This document shows positions 58,371 through 64,000 of a DNA stretch of 64,000 nucleotides, one piece after another. Source of the DNA: Flectonema sp. DT1601 (taxonomy: Eukaryota); the NCBI GenBank assembly GCA_964019425.1, contig OZ025788.1, positions 434,001 to 498,000 of the forward strand, in the 5' to 3' direction. The notes beneath the pieces are model-generated. The model was not told the DNA's origin and did not search any database. It saw nothing but the letters and a program-made list of their open reading frames with translations. Position 1 is the first letter of the stretch. Each line of letters begins with the position of its first letter. A program made the translations under genes and the position numbers.

Positions 58371-61300
58371 TAGTGATTTCTTTTTATGATCTTTATTTTT
58401 TTTTTCATTCTTTTTCCTCTCTCGTTCCCGTTCTTGTTCATTTATGGTCTTTCGTTGAAGAGAAACCAGCATGAGAGACACATTTCTGAATAGGGAAATC
58501 TTTTTTTTTTATTGTTGTTGATGTTGTTGTTGTTGTGATTGACGACAAGCTGTGAAGGTTCCGAATCTTATTCATCTTTTTAGAGCTATTTTATTAGTGG
58601 TCTTACTCTCCCATTAAGGTGATGAAGTGAGGAACTGACTAGGCTAATTACCCATACTTGCCCATTCATACAACAGAAGCAAATAAAACTTTTTTTTTTT
58701 CTCTCTTATTCTTTCATCTCGCGAAAAAAAAAAAGAGAATGGAAGAAAATAAAACTCCGATTGATGCGCATATCAACTAAAGGACTATCAGGTTTGCATG
58801 CCGATTGTTTTTTTTTTTTTTTTTTTAATGATATTTTAAATGGTTCTTCCTCTCTTTCTTTACTTTATTTTTATTTCCATTTTAAAATATCTTCCGTACA
58901 ACAAGATTGATTTTCTTTTAAGTACACGCTTAGCTTTTTATAACTATGTCACGAACACTTCTTTTTGAGAGATTGTGATTTTTTTTCAATGTTGTTTAAA
59001 GAAAAAATATGTGTATGATTTGCGTTGTTTAAATACAGCCACGCAAGTTACTTTTTTATTTTATTTATTTATTTTTTCCTGTTTTTTTTTTTCCTGTACA
59101 CCATGAGAGTTATCATAAAGTAATGTGAAATCATTTTTTTTGCGGTGACACTATGCAAACTTGGTTACACGTTATCCCTGTTCACGATACTTTCTTCTTT
59201 TGTACTATTTCCCCCCCTTCTGTTTTCTTTGATTAACAACTACAAATATTTTCCGGTCAAGTACTTGATATTAATTTTGTTTTCTTTAATATCTAAAGTT
59301 GTTACTGTTTTTACATTGTCAAAGTTTCACCCCCTTCTGTTTCCTATTTTAACGTGGGTATTTTCAGTGATTTATTTTTCTGAGTTGCCTTTATTTTTGC
59401 TTCTCGTTTCTCATTTGTTCATCTGCTGTCATAATACGAACCTTGTGACTAGGCAGGCAGCCACGAAAGTAATAATAAGTAACAAAAAAAAAAATATTGA
59501 AAAAAACATTGTCATGGTTGGATGATTCTTTCCCTCCAAACTTCTTTCAATAACTTTGTCAGAAGTTTATTGCTCTTCCAGTTGTACACCTACAACAACT
59601 GGGAGACTGTTCCTTATATACAGATCTCCCAAACGTCACTTCGTGTCTTCCTGCTTTTTTACTTGTGCCGTTCATATTTTTATATTCGGTAAGTCATCAA
59701 CTGAGTTGGTTGGACTCAATGAGAACGCGGAAGGATTTCTTACTGATCTTTGACTTTGTTCCCACTAGTCATACTTAACTTTCATGGAACTCTCTCTATT
59801 ATATGTTCACATGTTGTTGATGAATGACATCCGGTGGGAAATCGATAGGAAATGATCACAATCCCTTTTACGTTACTATTACAATATCATAGTATCACTT
59901 GACTGTTGCTTCTCTCTTTTATTGTGTGTGAGTAGGTATCTTAATGTAGTTTCTAGCATTCTAGGATACCTTTACAAAAAAAAAGAAATAAAAGTGTGAT
60001 AATTTCTTTCCCCCCGTTTCCAAAAAACCCCTTCTCGATCCATTTCCCTTCCCATCGCGTTATAATCTGTTGCTGCCTTGGTAAGTCAGTCGAGCAGATG
60101 AATTATTAAATACGGCTGTTCCGTAATCCCATACCCCCCTGGTTCCCTTCTGGCCCCTCAAATCTATCGTTCTTTTTTTTCGGACTGCGACTCTTCTTCT
60201 AGTGAGGGTCTGCATCAGTTGAGTTGTTTTCAATTAAATAGTTTTATTTCTTAACCTTGACCAATATTGTTTCGTGTTTCCTTAGTTTTCTTTTTTTTCT
60301 TTCCTCATCATATTTAGTGTTAGGTTGAGCACCTAATAGTCGCATAAATAAAAAAGGTTTGCCTTTTAGATGTGTCGTTGCTGCCCTCATGATTATCAGA
60401 GCAGAATTATTATTATTATTTTTTTTAATTTAGTTTTGAACAATCATAATTTTACAACAAAAAAAAAAACGTGAGGAACAAAAAAATAAATAAATAAAAA
60501 CTAAACTTATGCAGCTCGGCGCAAGGGGCCGGGGTTTTACTACAGCGTTAAGCGGTGGTGCTGTATGGCCCATCAGAAGATATTGTAGCAATACCGGGTT
60601 TACGAACCGTACTCTTCCCGACCCGCTGAATTGTTTTTCTGGTAAGAGGTATTTTTCTATAAGAAAACGTTTTGTGAGGGCTCAAGAGTAACATCAGCTC
60701 TCTGGTTATATGTTCTATTCTAACTATTTTCTGCGCTATTACTTATACTCGAATTTTGTCTTCTTTGATGGTGTCTTAGAAAGTTGTCTTTGCAGCCAAC
60801 ATTTCTCTTGCGAGTTGTTGAGTCTATTCCCTTCGCTACCCCATTCCATTTCTCAGAACAGGCTGCCTCTTTATGGTACTTGTGCAATTGTGTCGTTTTC
60901 TTTTTATCTCAGGAAATCATGACTTGGTTATCTTGTTGTAATTCCTTTCTCGAAGAAAGGGGAAAAAAAGAACTTTCATTTTGTCAAGGCTTTATTTTTC
61001 TTAAGTCTTGTTCACTTCCCCACTACCATTCAATCCGGTCTGTTTGTGTTTCCTGCTGTTCCGTTACTTTCAATTCTGATCCTGCGGTGATGGTGTGTAT
61101 CAGAGTTCACAGGTGGTGCTCTTCTCTTTCTCTCTTTCAGTTTTTTCATTTCCTTTTCTCATCATTGTTGTAAGGAAGGCTCACTGGCTCCTTTCACTCT
61201 TTACCCAATGTCTTCCTACCGCTTGCCTTCCTAGGATGCGATTGGAGTACTGCATGTCAGCATTCATCTTGCTGGTACTGGTACGATTTTAATAATCATC

Positions 61301-61763
61301 CGATAACCTCATTTACTTTTATCTTCTAACGATCGTCTTTATAAGAGTTACACCACCTGTTTATTTGTTCTTCCTAATGCTTAATAAGCTGATGGAAATG
61401 ACTGATTGTGAACCGCAACGTGATTAGTTTTTTGTCTGGCATATCACTTATTCTGAATACTGTGCTTGTGCCTAGATCTCTGCAAAAAGGAAAAGAAAGG
61501 AAAAAGCAAGCTCATACGCAGCGACCAACGGCCTTCAAGGCTTGCGTTCAGCAACTGATTTTACTTTCTCTTACTATCCCTCTCTCACCTCACAATTCTC
61601 AGCAAAACATTGGCTGGATAGAAAACGGTGAACCTTTTGTTAACTTTTTGTTTCTAATTCATTATTTTATTACAACAGTCAACATACTCTTAATTAATTA
61701 TATGGGATAGTATTGTGTGCTTTCTTTACAGTAATATATTCTTTTCTCTTTCAAGGTGCTGAC

Positions 61764-64000
61764 ATGTCAGGTGTCCACAGCGGTCGACGCCCACATGTAC
61801 CAAAAGAATTCGGTAAAACAACAGTAGACAGATGGGGTGTCAGCAACTCCATTCTTGGAACTGGAGCAAGTGGAGTAGTAGTGAAGGGAATGGATACTGA
61901 AAGCGGTAGATTAGTAGCAATAAAAAAGCTACCGTTAGATGAGGTGAACAAACAGTGTTTTAATATTATCAGATCTGAAATTGATGTTTTAAAAGCACTT
62001 ACTCACCCGAACATAATAGAATACGTAGACGCAAAACAAACCCCACACAACCTTTACATAATAATGGAACTAATGGAATATGGTTCTCTATCTCATATCA
62101 TAAAACAGTACGGCACCTTTCCAGACTTCATATCCGGATACATAATGTCTGAAGTATTACAAGGAGTTAGTTATATACATTACAGTGGACTGATTCACAG
62201 AGATATTAAAGGTGGTAATATATTATTATCGGGTTCTGGTCATGTTAAAGTAGCTGATTTCGGTGTTTGTAGCCACACCCATCGTACTGATCGAAGGAGA
62301 GCACAGCCTGAAAATACTATAACAGGAACCCCTTGTTATATTGCACCAGAAGTTATAGAGTTAAGCTATCCAGCGCCTGCATCAGATATTTGGTCTGTTG
62401 GTTGTACTGTTTGCGAGCTGATTACAGGTCTTCCTCCATACGCATCTCTCACTCCATTATCTGCTTTGTATCATACGGTAAATGATTCGCAACCACCTCT
62501 CTCTAAGAAACTATCAGATGAGTGTAAATCATTTGTTCTAAGGTGTTTCTGTAAAGATCCAACCCGTCGAGCAACAGCCATAGATTTGGTAACAGATCCT
62601 TGGATTGTTACTTGTACTGAACAATTCAAGAGTCTTGATCTGACTCTTGGTCCTGATATATTCTCAAAGGAATGTCTTCCCATGGTCAGAGAAGGTGCAA
62701 CGCCACTCTTGTTAGGAAACACAAACGGATCTCATGGTTTCCAAACAGCAACAATTGATTGTTCATTAATGACTGCAGTAAAGAATGGATCTAGCACTGT
62801 TGTTTCTCGTCTACCACAACAAGTTGTAGAGAAAGGGATTGAAGATGGAGTCTTGGGATTAATATTTAATGATAATGGTATCTCATCTGAATGCATTGCT
62901 ACCGTCCTAGAAAAGATTATTGATTGCGGCTTTGCTGACAAGATAGTAACTCACCCTCAGGGTATTCCATTCGTGATCAGTCAAGTTCCTTCTGGAACTT
63001 TTCGATATCTCACTATCCTCGCGCGAATCGAAGAAGCATTACCTTGCATACCTCTTCGAGATGTGTTATTTGAGGGTGCGATTGCCACAACTATCGCTTC
63101 TCAACAACTTCCACTAACAATATACACAGCCAGACTGATTGAGTTACAGCTTCAATGTACTCTCGATCCGGGAAGGAAAACACCATCAAAGGTTGTAGAA
63201 TACCTCCTTGACAATAAGAAGTATATTCATGATACTGAAGCACCAATGAATCAAAACGACCCTGTTGATAAATGTGGGAGTAGAGTAGTTGCAACTGTAT
63301 TACGGTGTTTTTATCTTATACTAGATGAGACCCAATATAAGGGAAGAGGCTTCTTAGGATGTTTTCCTGGTAGTAGGTCTCACACTGATTTAAAAACAAA
63401 ACATGCTATTTGGAAAGCTTCTGAATTCATGTTGAAAACACATCCGGAGTGTTGTGATACTGCGGCTAAGCTTCTCCCCCTTCTGTTTAATAAAAAATAC
63501 TCAAATGGAAGTATTTGTTGTATGTTACCACTAATTCAACAAATTGCTGTTTCGGGTGTTTCTTCTCGTCATAATGAACACATATTAAGATACTACTTGT
63601 ACGTCATTAAAAGAAAAGAAACAACTGAAGAAATGCGTGGAGTCATTCTAACTAACTTAACAGCTTGGATGAGTTGTAGTTCGGTCTTGGCCAGTGCGAT
63701 AACAAATTTTCCGATATGTGATTATCTTATCGATCATTGGTGTGGAATTCCTAAAAAGTTAAAAGGTGCTGAAGGTCTCTTAATAGTTTCATCTATGTGT
63801 GTCGATGCTGTTAATCTGAGAATCACACTGGCATCAAACACTTCATTTAGATGTTGGATTGCATCGCTGATACTCGCTGAAGACGTATCGACGGTGTCAG
63901 CAGCTGCTAAACTCGTTTTATTAATTCAGAATAGTCTCCCAGAAGGATGTCCTAAGATATCACCAATGCTGCAACATCTTAACGAATACACCTGTAGTGA
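61764..64000 (+). CDS. Ser/Thr protein kinase, STE group (Cdc15/MAP3K-epsilon-like), with a helical C-terminal region; runs off the window end
   Basis: Translated by hand from ATG 61764: LGTGASGVV, VAIKK, EIDVLKALTHPNII, HRDIKGGNIL, VKVADFG, GTPCYIAPEVIEL, SDIWSVGCTVCELITGLPPY, CFCKDPTRRATA. No stop before 64000. Preceded by CTTTTCTCTTTCAAG. Confidence 0.92.
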   Translation, partial: MSGVHSGRRPHVPKEFGKTTVDRWGVSNSILGTGASGVVVKGMDTESGRLVAIKKLPLDEVNKQCFNIIRSEIDVLKALTHPNIIEYVDAKQTPHNLYIIMELMEYGSLSHIIKQYGTFPDFISGYIMSEVLQGVSYIHYSGLIHRDIKGGNILLSGSGHVKVADFGVCSHTHRTDRRRAQPENTITGTPCYIAPEVIELSYPAPASDIWSVGCTVCELITGLPPYASLTPLSALYHTVNDSQPPLSKKLSDECKSFVLRCFCKDPTRRATAIDLVTDPWIVTCTEQFKSLDLTLGPDIFSKECLPMVREGATPLLLGNTNGSHGFQTATIDCSLMTAVKNGSSTVVSRLPQQVVEKGIEDGVLGLIFNDNGISSECIATVLEKIIDCGFADKIVTHPQGIPFVISQVPSGTFRYLTILARIEEALPCIPLRDVLFEGAIATTIASQQLPLTIYTARLIELQLQCTLDPGRKTPSKVVEYLLDNKKYIHDTEAPMNQNDPVDKCGSRVVATVLRCFYLILDETQYKGRGFLGCFPGSRSHTDLKTKHAIWKASEFMLKTHPECCDTAAKLLPLLFNKKYSNGSICCMLPLIQQIAVSGVSSRHNEHILRYYLYVIKRKETTEEMRGVILTNLTAWMSCSSVLASAITNFPICDYLIDHWCGIPKKLKGAEGLLIVSSMCVDAVNLRITLASNTSFRCWIASLILAEDVSTVSAAAKLVLLIQNSLPEGCPKISPMLQHLNEYTCS

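Overview
Eukaryotic, AT-rich nuclear DNA. All credible genes lie on the + strand and are separated by poly-T/poly-A spacers. This arrangement, the pyrimidine-AG sites just before start codons and the protein families suggest a euglenozoan, probably diplonemid-like, protist (inference). Gene order: 3' part of a multi-pass membrane protein, an SPX-domain/choline-ethanolamine kinase fusion, a possible 52-aa microprotein, a bacterial-type glutathione-independent formaldehyde dehydrogenase, a 2OG-Fe(II) oxygenase, a TIM-barrel isomerase/epimerase-family protein, a giant gene, and the 5' part of a Cdc15/MAP3K-epsilon-like kinase that the ORF track misses. The giant gene joins the 13,138-aa ORF to the 1,103-aa ORF through two phase-0 GT-AG introns (54615-54837, filled with an AAACC microsatellite, and 54994-55082). 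The predicted product is one ~14,218-aa surface protein: signal peptide, ~13,000-aa modular ectodomain, about 9 transmembrane helices, and a cytoplasmic B-box-like zinc finger and EF-hand. Inside its 39-kb first exon is a sharply bounded GC-rich 4,812-bp repeat unit with near-identical 451-bp ends. This may be a homogenised or assembly-collapsed tandem array, so the real protein could be larger. All domain calls come from motif recognition by eye; no searches were run.
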